From positions 16,926,001 through 16,990,000 of the forward strand of contig NC_043008.1 of NCBI RefSeq assembly GCF_006345805.1: a stretch of DNA of 64,000 bases. The letters are read 5' to 3'. The DNA is from Octopus sinensis (Eukaryota). Below, one piece after another: positions 14,812 through 27,880 of this stretch. Made by a program: the position numbers and the translations under genes. Each line of letters opens with the position of its first letter. The first letter of the stretch is position 1. Under the pieces are notes generated by a model. The model saw only the letters and a list, made by a program, of their open reading frames with translations, did not search any database and was not told where the DNA came from.

Positions 14812-15361
14812 ACTGCTACTGCTGCTGCTGCTGCTGCTGCTACTACTGCTGCTGCTGCTGCTAGGACAGCAGCAGCTACCGTATTAATTTGAGATAGTTT
14901 GAAGTAACCAGAATTAAAGAAATACTCCTTAAATCACTATCTTTTTTGGAGTTGGATTAGCCTTCTTGTAAGAAGCGAGACCCGCCAGGTTCCTGTTGTT
15001 GTTGTCATCGTCGTCGTTGTTGTTTGCTATTACCGAAACTTCTAATTTTTCTTTAAATAACTGTTCGAACTTGATTGTCAAAGACTATGATGAAATGTGC
15101 TCCACATGTGTATTTGTATGTGCACGCGTGCGCCTGCACCAGGTTTTGGACCGAGGATAGTCTCAATTATTCAGATTCATCTTCAGTAGTCATCTAGTTA
15201 GTGAAGAATACAAAAGAAATGATTGTTAAATATATTAGCATAGAGCTGCAGCCGGATGGAGTAGAGTGTCCGAACCTATCTCTCACCCTGGTACGGATGA
15301 GTCACAATACGCACGCACACACACACACACACACACACACATAATATATATATATATATAT

Positions 15362-15660
15362 ATCCAAAAAAATGGAACAAGAATGGAATAGATGTCGACA
15401 AAACATCCGGACAGATAGACGATGCGAAGATGGACAGAATAAAGTAATAAAAAGACGAACAGGAAAAAAACAAGGACGGGTCATTAGCAAGTTCCTCTCA
15501 TCAGTCATGTTACCAAATTATCCTTACAGCTTCGGGCAGTTACACTAGAGACTGTTCAAATCTCCAAGCACCAAATCTAAGCTAAGAGCATTAAACTTTT
15601 TGGGGAGAGAGCAAGCGAATGTGTACGACAAATACATAAAACAGAGAAGATGTTAACAAT
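15362..15660 (-). mobile_element. (TA)n-anchored interspersed repeat, possibly a Penelope-like end
   Basis: Homologous to 49378-49658 in the opposite orientation (shared aatgacccgtccttgtttttt); both end in (TA)n. Confidence 0.55.
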
Positions 15661-17637
15661 TACAAATAGAAAAACGAAGAAAATAACAGACTGAATTATT
15701 CAGTGTATCATCCTTCATTATTTTCGCCAGTAGGGTTACAAGTGGGGGCCACTGTTTGCTATTTCTACACTGTCGATCTGCTTCAGTGCTTCATGTTGAT
15801 GGTGGATATATTTCTGTTCTGTTGATGTTGGAACAGTAACGTAGCGAGAGCATGAGGAGGTGGAGCGGTCCAACTCGAGTGATGCTTTTATGGAGACGGC
15901 TATTTTGGATCCAGGCTTGGTGGGGTGGGGATAGTGGTGTACTCAAAGGCTGCTCCAGGCGGTTCACACAGACACACACACGCACGCACACATACACACA
16001 CACGGACACACAATACTAGTTACTCCATTGAATGGATTTGTGATAGTATTTCTAGATTTTTTGTATATGTCCCTCAACCCTAATGGAATAAAATCTATGA
16101 AACATAGTGCTTCTAGGAGTACAATAAACAATGTGTCTTTCATTTTTTTTAAGGCAAAGAAGTGTATACTAAAATGCAGATGCGGCTACTGATATTTTGA
16201 ATTACCGCCACAGAATCCATCATCGGTTTGTGCAAAGTTAAATCATACACACACACTTGTCCTGCACTACATCTGTTTCGAGGAGGAGGGTTCCAGTTGA
16301 TCCGACCAACGGAACCTGCTCGTATAATTAACGTGTAACCTGTTGAGTACTTCAGCAGACACGGGTAACCATAACATAGTCCTCAGGGAGAGTCAGTGTG
16401 ACACTTTGAATTACAAGTACAAATCACTTTTGCTGGATGTGTTGACTTGTGCGACACGAAATAAACTGTCTTGCTCAAGGACACAACACGATCGTGTGCT
16501 GAATATCCCTAAAAGCCGTAAACGAAATAATGAGTGATCCTGTATATTGATCGCTTGATGTGCTATGAATTACAAACAGATCTCCCTTAAATTACAACCT
16601 GCTGTCTTTAAAATGTATATGTTAAATAACGGTTTCAAATCTTGACAGAAAGCTAAGAAGTTCGAGAGTGTGGGTAAGTCGATGACATCGACCCTAGAGT
16701 GTTGAACTCGGAACTTAAGGACATACGAAATACAAGTCAGTATTTTGTCCGGTATGCTAACGATTCCGCTAGTTCGCCATCTTGAATATGTTAAATAATC
16801 TTCTCTACTATAGGCACAAGGCCTGGAACTTGGTGGAGAGGGGGCTAATCGATTACATTGACCCCCAGTGCCTAACTGAAACTTATTTCATCAACCCGTG
16901 AAAAGATAAAAGGTAAAGTCAACCAAGGCGGAATTTGAACTCAGAACGTAATGACAGACGAAATGCCGCTAAGCATTTTGCTCGGCGTGCTAACGATTCG
17001 ACCAGCTCACCCCCTAGTATATGTTAAATTATGTAATGAAGATGTTGAAGCACAAAACAGATGGTATGCTCATGATGTGAACTCCGTTGGCCATAGCTTC
17101 GCCTGCTGTGAGATAAATAGCTCGGTGCTAAACTTCGACGAGAGCACGTTGTATATTTTAGGGCAGAGGTGACTGCAGACGTCACCCAACACCGTTTCAG
17201 AGAAACACATATCAAGACATTTATTCAATGCAAACACTTAAGAAAAATCTGTTCTGTTGACAGATGCTTGCAGGGCTGAAGTATATATGTATAATAATCA
17301 TGAATTCGCTGCCAATATGTAGCGAAGAGATCCGGGTCGTTGAGAGCTTTGTGGTTTGTTTTTGTATGCATGATATATAACAGGATATACAAAACGCTCC
17401 TTTCGGTCGGTGTTGCCCCAGTCTTCCCCTGCGACATTTGATGATGTCTTATTTAACATGTTGTGTGTGTTGATTAATTTATTTAGTGAATGTGCTGAGT
17501 GGATGAAATTTCATATACGTATGAGGGTGAATACAGTAGATAGGAGTGACTTATGCTTTTTAGAAGGATTCCAAGAGTAAGTAAAGAATTGCTTCAGAAA
17601 ATAATTGTGTATATATTTATATATATATATATATATA

Positions 17638-17707
<70 letters not shown>

Positions 17708-17810
17708 ACATGTATATATATATATATATGCATGTATATGTATGTATATGTATATATATGTGTGTATGTATATACATATATATACGCGTATATATATATA
17801 TATATAAACG

Positions 17811-17860
<50 letters not shown>

Positions 17861-18793
17861 AGGCGGTGTGGTAAGACGCTTGCTTTCTAACCACGTGATT
17901 CCTGGTTCTGTTCCACTGCGCGGCACCTTGAGAAAATGCCTTCTAGTATACACTCGGACCAACCAAAACCTTGTGAGTGTATACAGGTATGTATGTATGT
18001 GTGTGTGTTTATGTGTGTGTGTATGTGTGTGTGTGTATGTGTGTGTGTTGTGGATATAATTTTTATGTATGATAACTATACTTGGTCCCAATGTATTTAG
18101 TTGACGATTGATTCTTACAGACAACTTGACTGATTGTTTTTTTCAACCTAACGAGGAGTGGAACCCGAGCTGGTAGCTGATAGCACCAAGTTACCGTTGG
18201 AGAGGGTGTCTTGGCACGTGGCATCCCAGATATGGAGCCTAAGGTCACGCAACGGGAAAATTGACATGCGGTCGGGGCTTTTTACCATCCGCTCGGTCTA
18301 ACCACGCTGGCTGGAGCCGCGAAGGGGAAGACCACGGCATCCATTGAGCATCTCCAAACCAATAAATAAATAAGTAAATAAAACAGAAGGCAGTCTTGAA
18401 AAAAGAATGAAGTGTACACCATATGAAGTCTCTGGATCTGGTAACCTTCAATGTATTTGAAATTGTGGACTCTTACGAAAAGAGCATCAGCTCGAAAATC
18501 TAATTGTGATGTTATTTTACATGCGCACCTGGCGGCGTGATTGCAGAACCATTGGCATGCCGGACAAAATGCTTAGTTTCATTTCGTCCGTCTTTACGTG
18601 CTGGGCTCGAAATTCCGCCGCGGAGAATTTGCCTTTCAATTTTTTTTATTTGTTTCGTGGTCGATAAAATAATACCTGGTGATTGATACAATCGATTTCC
18701 CCCTCCCCTCAAATACAGCTGACCTGAAACCATTTCACACAAACATATATACATCAGCACGTATGTATGTATCTACGTATGTATGTGTGCGTA

Positions 18794-19335
18794 TGTCAGG
18801 TCACTTTCGAGTGCTACTGGTAACATGTAACCCAGTACTACCTATTGCATGGTCGGGTCATCGGCGACTAAACTGGCAACCCCACCAAGCTCGCTTGGTG
18901 AGGAGGGTGTTTATTGGTCACCCTGCGGGATGAAAAACAAAACCCGTCAAAGGGCGGAGGAACTCTTGAGAGTCAACGACCATCCAATAAATGTCTTAAA
19001 GCTGTATCATGTGCGGGGACATAGAAATAATCGGATTGAATACCCGATCGCGCAGTTAAACCATTGGGAGTGAAGGACTCCTAGCCTTTGTCAGGTTATC
19101 CTTCTAGGAGAAGGCAACTCAGGTAACTGGGATAACTCCGACATAAAACCTGCGGCTCAGTGGTCACCGATGATGTTGACTTGTTCTTCTTTTCGGATTG
19201 CTGTTGCTTAGTGAGTGGGATTGACTCAGTGCACAGCCTTTCCTCACTTAAAAAATATCATCTTGCACAGGCATTGCACGATAACAACATTGATTAAGCT
19301 TCGTGCAATGGCCATACTCGATAACGAGGGGGCAG
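18794..19335 (+). mobile_element. RTE-like retroelement 5' UTR relic
   Basis: GC-richer structured segment with ccttctaggagaaggcaactc...aactccgacataaaacc, resembling recalled RTE 5' UTR motifs; no ORF; not aligned to a library. Confidence 0.4.
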
Positions 19336-20440
19336 CCACCATGTATGTGTGCACGTATTGCATGTATGTGTATATGTTTGTGGACTCAATGACGGACGGA
19401 TAAATGAGTTGGTGGGTAGGTTGATATACGTACGTATGTATGTATGTATGTATGTATGTATGTATGTATGTATGTATGTATGTATGTATGTATGTATGTA
19501 TAAAACAACGTTATATTAATTCACTTTATTTAACTTTCAAGAATGTATATATCTGCAACCCAAGAACATATTTTCATGCTTATGTAGCTATAGTTTCTAT
19601 TGCTGGTTAACCTTTAGCCATTCTTGATTGAGAAGACCCATTAACCAAAGCATTAATTAATTAATTAATTAATATTTATTCAGGCATAGTATATCAATGC
19701 ACTATATATCCCAACGTGTCTGTTTTCTATTAAAGATATAAACAGTATAGTTTGAAAGAACACTGACTGCTATTTCTAACAGACAGAGCAACCATATACA
19801 GACGTTCTCATTCCCTCCAGCACATTGCATTTCTTTCTTTCTCTCTTTCTTTTTTTTTTTTACTTTTTCTCTATTTTTTTTTTCCAAACGGGGTGGTGCG
19901 GTGGATTTATTTTAACCTAGTATTATATTAATTTAATGTTTTATGAACCCTGGAGGAAAGAAATTCATAGCCGAAACCAGAATATAATTATCTAATTCGT
20001 GCGCTTCAGGACATAACAATTCGTAAACCAATCGACGTCGAACATTAGGAAATACACAGAAGAAAGTCGGCGTAGGAGGATCTTTGTGGTCAGTCAGTTT
20101 CCTTTAAATTACAAACGCCGCGTTACCGTCTTAGAGCAAGGTGTATCGGATTATGAGTAATTTGGTGTCTGGGTTCTTACGATTCGGGAAAAGACCGAAC
20201 AAACTCAGAAGCCAATGGGGTCGTTAGATTCTTTTATCTTATATTTTTACTTGCTTCAGTCCTTGGACTGACCAGGCTAGGGTACCATCTTCAAGGGGTG
20301 TAGAACAAATTATCCCTATACTAATTTTTTAAGTCTGGCTCTTTTATCAGTCTCTATTTCCGAACATTTGTTGCCGAACTTCTGAATAAATGTTTCACGT
20401 TCTTGTCCCAGTTTGTGTATTTTTTTTATTTTTTTACTTT

Positions 20441-20537
<97 letters not shown>

Positions 20538-21388
20538 GAAGTCAAACACGTATAGTAAAAAAAAACAACAAAAAAACCGAAGGGAATAAAAAAAGACAAA
20601 TACATATAAAGACAGGCTTCCACTCAGGTTCCATCTACCAAATCCATTCAGGAAGTATTGACCAGGGCTTTCGTAGAATACACTTTCCCAATGTGCTCTG
20701 CAGTAGGACAGAACCTGAAATCACGTATTTGCAAACAGAGATTCTTAACCACAACACAATGCATGCACTTGTGTGTGTGTGGTGTCTGTGAGTGTATGTG
20801 TGTGTGTGTGTGTGTGTCTGTGAAATAGTTAAATACACGACCACATATCATTGTTGTGTTACAAGGGTGTAGATCGAAGCAGTATTTGATTGATACTTAT
20901 GTGATCACCCATTGAATGATAAAAGTCTAAGTCTGATTTAGTGAGATTCGAACTCACAACATGACGTGATCTAGTGGCATTTTATCCCCCATGCTTTAAG
21001 GAATTCTACTGTGATAAACAGACAGCTTATCTGAGATCCTTAGTCGCAGTGTGCTCACACATCTGGGAAGGTGCTGTTCCTACACATGCAAACGTTTTAA
21101 TCAACAGAGAGAAAGAGAGAGACAGAGAGGGGGTGAAAGAGAGACAGAGACAGATAGAAAAAGAGAGAGAGAGAGACAGATAGTCAGTGGAGAGAGAGTA
21201 TAAGACGTTTTTGGCTCTGCAGTTTTGGCGCCGCTTATCATGGCGCCGCTCAACCGACGCTGGTTTGTTTTAGTGTTTCTCGTGTTTCTCTCGCTTCTTT
21301 TTCTTTTCTCTCTCTCTCCCTCTCCTTCTCTATGTGTACATTTCTGCAAACACACACACGTGTGTGCGTGTGTCTGCATGTGTGTGTG

Positions 21389-21419
<31 letters not shown>

Positions 21420-22389
21420 CGAGTGTATGTGTGTATCTATGTACGTTTGCCTTTAGTGTCACAACATACTCTCACCAAAATAGGTTTAATGTCCAGTCAG
21501 CGTCCAAACAACCAGGCACATCTCATTCCGCCTAAAAGAGGCTACTCGATCGACTGGCATGAAATCACTCGAAGTCCAGCAGAAGTTGTTCTCTCTCTCT
21601 CCATCTCCCTCTCTCCATCTCTCTCTCTCTTCTTTCTGCTTTCTTGTTTTTACTACAAATACATTGGCTTCTGTTTCTCGAAACCGTTTGATTACATCTT
21701 GCCTGAACTTAAAATCTTCCATTCTTAAACATCTCTTGCTTCTTGTCTCACCACCCATAATGGTCCCTATACCCCATTGATTAAGATATACTACGGTCAG
21801 TTATCTTTTTCTGAACGTTGGTTCACTGGAATTCCTCTCTATATTTTCCTTCGGCGTTCCACTCCCAAGACATTAAATGAAATATTAAAATTACTAAACT
21901 GCTAGAAATAGCAACCCAACCGCCATCAAGTTACACTCTAACGTTTAAGAAACGAACACGTCGTATAATGTGGTATGTATGCAAAGGCGGTGAGTTGGCA
22001 GAATTGTTAGAACTCCAGGAAAAATACTGAGTAGGATTTCGTTCTTCTTTACGTTCTGAGTTCAAATTCCGCGCAGGTCGAGTTTATGTTACATACATTC
22101 GAAGTCTATAAAATAAGTACCTGTTGAGCATCGGGGTCGATGTAATCGACTCATCTTCTCCCCCGAAATTGCTGGCCTTGTTCCATCAGTGGAAATAATA
22201 ATTTTATAGGGAGTGCTAACGATTCTGCCAGTTCAGCACTTTATTAATAATAATAATGATGATGATGATGATGATTTCTTTATGAACTGTTAAGGGTTCA
22301 CAAGAAAATCGAGTACGATAGAGGAGGATACAATAAAATATGATACTCGAAAGCACGTATAAAATACAAAATAAGATTGAATAAGAAAA

Positions 22390-22660
22390 CTCCCCAATAT
22401 GGGGGAGAACTTCAAGAGTTGCTCATGGAAAGCCTCCAAAACTACGGGCATCTTGACCACCAGGGTTAGTGCTCGCTTCTCATCTTCATCTTTTAATCTA
22501 TTGGCGCATGCTTAATGCAAGGCCTCTTCTCTCTGACCATTTTCTTCATATTCATACACCATTCAAAGAATTTGTTGGAAGGCAGCACTACCTTCTCCTC
22601 CCATATTTTCCAATAAAAATTATGAAAATTCTTCTAAATTTCTGCACAAATTCAGCAATT
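22390..22660 (-). mobile_element. L1/Tx1-like LINE 3' end relic
   Basis: Minus-strand translation EKVVLPSNKFFEWCMNMKKMVR resembles recalled C-termini of Tx1-like ORF2 (ER.VLS..KF..RW.NV.RMVR); degenerate. Confidence 0.4.
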
Positions 22661-22988
22661 CAGAGAGGTGGATAAGTCGATTACAGCGATCCTAGTTTTA
22701 GGCTGGTGCTGTAGTTTATCGATCCCGAAAGATCGAATGACTATGTTGAATTGTTGGTATTTGGGCTCACAATGTAAAGACCCTGAAGAGACGCTGCGAA
22801 GCATCTTGTGCGACGTGCTTAATGATGCTGCCAGTTCCGTACTTTAATGATTGTAGCAACCCTTTATGGAGTAGGCACAAGGCCTGGAAATTTGGTGGAA
22901 GGTGAAGAGCTGATTACATCGACCCCAGTGCGTAACTGGTACTTAATTTATCGACACCGAAAGTTGACTTAACAACAACAACAATAAC

Positions 22989-23033
<45 letters not shown>

Positions 23034-23164
23034 TGATTCGTTTATTGCCACAAGGGCTTACATAAAATTACATTAAAACACATACAACAACATAAAAGAC
23101 AAAAACAGGACGATACAATGGGTTTTACAACGTGTAAAATAATAATAAAAACAACAACAATAAT

Positions 23165-24075
23165 AATAATCCTTTCGACTATAGGCTCAAGGCCTGAAAT
23201 TTGGGGAAGGGGGAAAGTCCATTACATCAACCCCAGTGCGTAACTGGTATTTAGTTTATCGAACCCAAAAAAGGATGAAAGGCAAAGTGAACCTCGGTGG
23301 AATTTGAACTCAGAAAGGTAGAGACAGACGAAATGTTACTAGGCATTTTGTCTAGCGTGCTAACGATTCTGCCAGCTTGCCGCCTCAATAACAACAACAA
23401 CAATAATAATCTTTCTACTGGAAGTACAATGCTTCAAATTTGGAGGAAGGGATTAAGTCGATTTCATCGACTCCAGTAAGCAACAGGTACTTATTTAATC
23501 GATCCCAAAAGGATGACAGGCAAAGTCGACCTCGGCGGAATTTGATCTCAGAACGCAATGGCAGACAAAATACCGCTAAGCACACCGGGAAAAATTTGCC
23601 CGGCGTGCTAACGATTCTGCCGGCTCGCCGCCTCAATAACAACGTCAACAAGAACAATAAAATTGATAATAATAATCCTTTCTACTGCAGGCACAGGCCC
23701 TGAATTTGGTGGGAGGGACCTAGTCGATTAGATTGACCTCAGTACGCAACTGGTACTTAACTTATCGAACCCTGAATGATAAAAGGCAAAGTTGACCTCG
23801 GCGGAATTTGAACTCAGAACATAGCGGCAGACGAAATACCTATTTCTTTACTGCCCACAAGGGGCAAAACACAGAGAGGACAAACAAGGACAGACAAATG
23901 GATTAAGTCGATTATATCGACCCCAGTGCGTAACTGGTACTTATTTAATCGACCCCGAAACGATAAAAGGCAAAGCCGACCTCGGCGGAAATTGAACTCA
24001 AAACGTAGCGGCAAACGAAATACAGCTAAGCATTTCTCCAGACGTGCTAACGATTCTGCCAGCTCGCCGCCTTTA
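23165..24075 (-). mobile_element. Cluster of family C SINEs including a tandem dimer
   Basis: Four body copies; tail-to-body junction at 23840/23841. Confidence 0.8.
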
Positions 24076-24584
24076 GTCAGAGTTTCAAATTTTTCACACA
24101 GGGCCAGCAGATTTTGAGAGTGAAGGAGGAAATTGATAAGAACAACCCAGTAATTGACTGGTTCTTATTTCATCAACCCCGAAACGACGAAAGGTAAGTC
24201 AGCCTCGGCGGAATTTGAATTCTGAATCTAAAGACGAACGTAATGCCGCGCCTCATATCTAATTTAATTCAGGAATAAAACAAGAAATTAAACTTAAAAA
24301 TAAAAAAAAAATTAAAAAGTAGAGATAAAAAACACATTTTGTTTGTGTTTTAGGGCTGAAATCGATTTAGCTAAACCTCAGATCAATCTATTTATTATTA
24401 TCTTTTATTTTTCTTTTCATCAATTACGCGGAACAGAATCGAAGTCTGCTTTGTTAATGACTTAAAATATAACGAAAAAGACAAACATTAAATTAGAAGT
24501 TTGTAATTAATTAAGCTCGTTCCCTACAAAATTTGAACTGGTAATAAGTACATACACACACACATATATTTTATCTTTTATTCG

Positions 24585-24775
24585 TCTTAGTTATCTGTCT
24601 GCGGCCATGCTGGGACACCGCCTAGAAAAATTTTTTGTCGAATGAAACAGCTTTTTAAGGCCTGGTACTCATACTATCGGTGTTTCTTTGTCGAACCGCT
24701 AGGTTGCGGGAACGTAAACACCAATAACAGTTGTCAAGCGTGATGAGGGAAAAGAAAGACGCACGCACGCACGCA

Positions 24776-24818
<43 letters not shown>

Positions 24819-24986
24819 ATACACGCACACACAACATATATCCTTTCCGTTTCCGTCTACCAAATCTTCTCTCGACGCTTTTCTCGACTCGAGAGTATAA
24901 TAGAAGACTCTTGCTCAAGGTGCCATGCAGTGGGACTGAACCAGAACCCATGTGGTTGGAAAGCAAGCTTCTTACCGCACAGCCAT
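24585..24986 (-). mobile_element. SINE family D
   Basis: Same motifs as the other family D copies. Confidence 0.75.
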
Positions 24987-25119
24987 ATATACATTTATCA
25001 ACCTGAATCGATGTGAGTTATGTTAAGTTCTGTGGAATTCGAATTTTATGCATAGCGATAGACAAATGTAAATATAATTATGGGGATAGACCAACACATT
25101 ATCGTTTCTGATATATTCT

Positions 25120-25735
25120 TTTCTACTCTAAGCACAAGGCCCGAAATTTTTGGGGAGGAGCCAGTAAGAAACTGGTACTTAATTTATCGACCTCGGAAGG
25201 ATCAAAGGCGGAATTTAAGCTCAGAACGTAATGACAGACGAAGTACCGCTAAGCATTTCGACCAGCGTACTAACGTTACTTATATCTTTATTGCCCACAG
25301 GGGGCTAAACATAGAGGGGACTAACAAGGACAGACATACGGATTAAGTCGATTACATCGACCCCAGTGCGTAACTGGTACCTCATTTATCGACCCCGAAA
25401 GGATGAAAGGCAAAGTCGACCTCGGCAGAATTTGAACTCAGAACGTAATGACAGACGAAATACTGCTAAGCATTTCGCCCTGCATGCTTACGTTTCTTAT
25501 TTCTTTATTGCCCACAAGGGGTTATACACAGAGGGGACAAACAAGGACAGACAAACGGATTAAGTCGATTATATCGACCCCAGTGTGTAACTGGTACTTA
25601 TTTAATCGACCCCGAAAGGATGAAAGGCAAAGTCGACCTCGGCGGAATTTGAACTCAGAACGTAGCAGCAGACGAAATACCGCTCTGCTTTTCGCCCGGC
25701 GTGCTAACGTTTCTGCCAGTTCGCTGCCTTCGTTT
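25120..25735 (-). mobile_element. SINE family C tandem trimer
   Basis: Three consecutive body copies. Confidence 0.8.
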
Positions 25736-26826
25736 CTGATATATTAGTGTCCTAACAACAACTTGTTGGGTGAGTTTAATATGGTGCTTCTACATTGTTG
25801 CTGGACCTGCTAAAACTCTCAGCTCTCATCCCGTAGTAGTCGATATCTCCCTCAAATTTCACCCTCACTCCTTATTAAATGTAACAATAGATTAGTTAAT
25901 GTACTGGAGATATAATGTTACATTTTATCTATTAATTGTTTCAGTTATTGGACGGTGGCCATGCTGGGGCACTGCTTCGAAGGCTTTTAGTTGAATAAAT
26001 CCACCGGCCTCAGCATTTTATTTCTAAGTCTAGTAGTTATTTCATTGGTCCGTATTACCGGACCATTATCTAATGGGGATGTAAACAAAGCAGCACCGGT
26101 TGGGAAATGTTGATGACTGACAAACACAAAGACGCACTTACGCACAATAAAATACACATACACATATATTTACGATGGGCTTCAAGACAGTTTCCATTTA
26201 TTAAATTCACTCGCAAGTCATTAGTCGGCTCGGGTCTCTAGCAGAAGACATTTGCTCAAGGTGCCGAGCATTGAGACTGAACCTAAAGCCACTTGGTTGA
26301 AAAGCAAACTTCTTAAACAAACATCTATACTTGCAACTATATGTAATTTAAGTGGAAAATAGAAGGGATGGCCACGGCTGGAATCTTTTTATTGTGGGTG
26401 TGCTTCGTTAGGGATGAGATGGGATTAAACGTCAACAATAACATGAACAAGCTCAGTACAAGACATAAAAAGAACCATTATGGTAATCAGTGAAATGCTG
26501 GTGTTGTGGTGTTCATCTTTATCTTGAAATTATAATTTTACTTTATTTTAAATCGTTTGCATTTTGTTTTGTTTTTTATTTTTTTAAAATCTTTTTCAGT
26601 TATTGGACTACAGCCATGCTGGGGCACCTTCTTTAAATGTTTAGTCGAAGAATTCAAGACTAATTTTAAGTCTGGGATTTATTCTCTCAGTTTCTTTTAC
26701 GGAACCGCTATTTACGGGGACATCAACAAAACAACACCGGTTGTGAAGTGGTGGTGAGGGAGAAACACGTATCTGCGTGTGTATGTATGTATGTATGTAT
26801 GCGTGTGTATATATATATATATATAT

Positions 26827-27880
26827 AATAAATATAAGAGAGTGGTCACTATATGGCTCACTCTAGCACCAGTTAATCCAAAAGGTTTCAACCACAAAAA
26901 TACATGTTTCCCATGAAAGTCAGTACGATTGTTAGCTCACACGGACAGGGCAAATAAAAAATAACAAAAATACAGATTATTTTGGGACAATTGTTTCGCT
27001 ATTAATGAATTTTGTAAGTAAAATTACATTTAATTCATTAATAGCGAAACATTGTCCCAAAATAATCTGTATTTTTGTTATTTTTTATTTGCCCTGTCCG
27101 TGTGAGCTAACAATCGTACTGACTTTCATGGGAAACATGTATTTTTGTGGTTGAAACCTTTTGGATTAACTGGTGCTAGAGTGAGCCATATAGTGACCAC
27201 TCTCTTATATTTATTTTGTAAAAATATTATAATATATTATAAAATATTATAATAATCCAGGTTTCTCGGAGCACTAGGCCACTTGGTGTTGAATAGATAT
27301 ACTATTAAATTAGTATCTAATTCTCTCACCCTTATTAATTAATTATAATTATGCTGCATTTATTTCTAAATGCTGTATTTGTTTTCCGTGAAAGTTTGGC
27401 GCGCTGTTAGTTGGGGCATTTGAATTATAACGTCGGATGTAATCATTGAACCACACGCGTATTTATCGTTATGGTAAAATCTGGCGTGTGATTGAGTGGA
27501 TTTCATCCCGATAGTTTTGGCTGAGGAGCTACAGTGGATTTTTTTGTAAGTAAAATTACATTTAATTCATTAATAGCGAAACAATTGTCCCAAAATAATC
27601 TGTATTTTTGTTATTTTTTATTTGCCCTGTCCGTGTGAGCTAACAATCGTACTGACTTTCATGGGAAACATGTATTTTTGTGGTTGAAACCTTTTGGATT
27701 AACTGGTGCTAGAGTGAGCCATATAGTGACCACTCTCTTATATTTATTTTGTAAAAATATTATAATATATTATAAAATATTATAATAATCCAGGTTTCTC
27801 GGAGCACTAGGCCACTTGGTGTTGAATAGATATACGATTAAATTAGTATCTAATTCTCTCACCCTTATTAATTAATTATA
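26827..27880 (+). mobile_element. Hammerhead-bearing non-coding retroelement (non-autonomous Penelope-like or retrozyme-type), 1.6 tandem units plus inverted 5' arm
   Basis: Inverted repeat 26827-27011 / 27032-27215; direct repeat 27011-27347 / 27543-27880 (offset 532-533); (TA)n on both flanks; intact hammerhead core. Confidence 0.8.
27510..27600 (+). ncRNA. Type I hammerhead ribozyme
   Basis: Stem I ttttgg(27515-20)/ccaaaa(27590-95); core CUGAGGA 27521-27; stem II gcta/tagc extended by a long hairpin; GAAA 27578-81; palindromic stem III ACAAUUGU; GUC triplet ending at 27589. Confidence 0.85.

Noticed and set aside
17060-17440. Decayed transposase or host exon
   Set aside because: Unique-looking, but the frames contain stops and no family motif could be recognised.
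27650-27680. Second hammerhead in the 532-nt unit (ctgactttcatgggaaacatgta)
   Set aside because: The CUGANGA core is incomplete (ctgactt) and no stem I partner exists.
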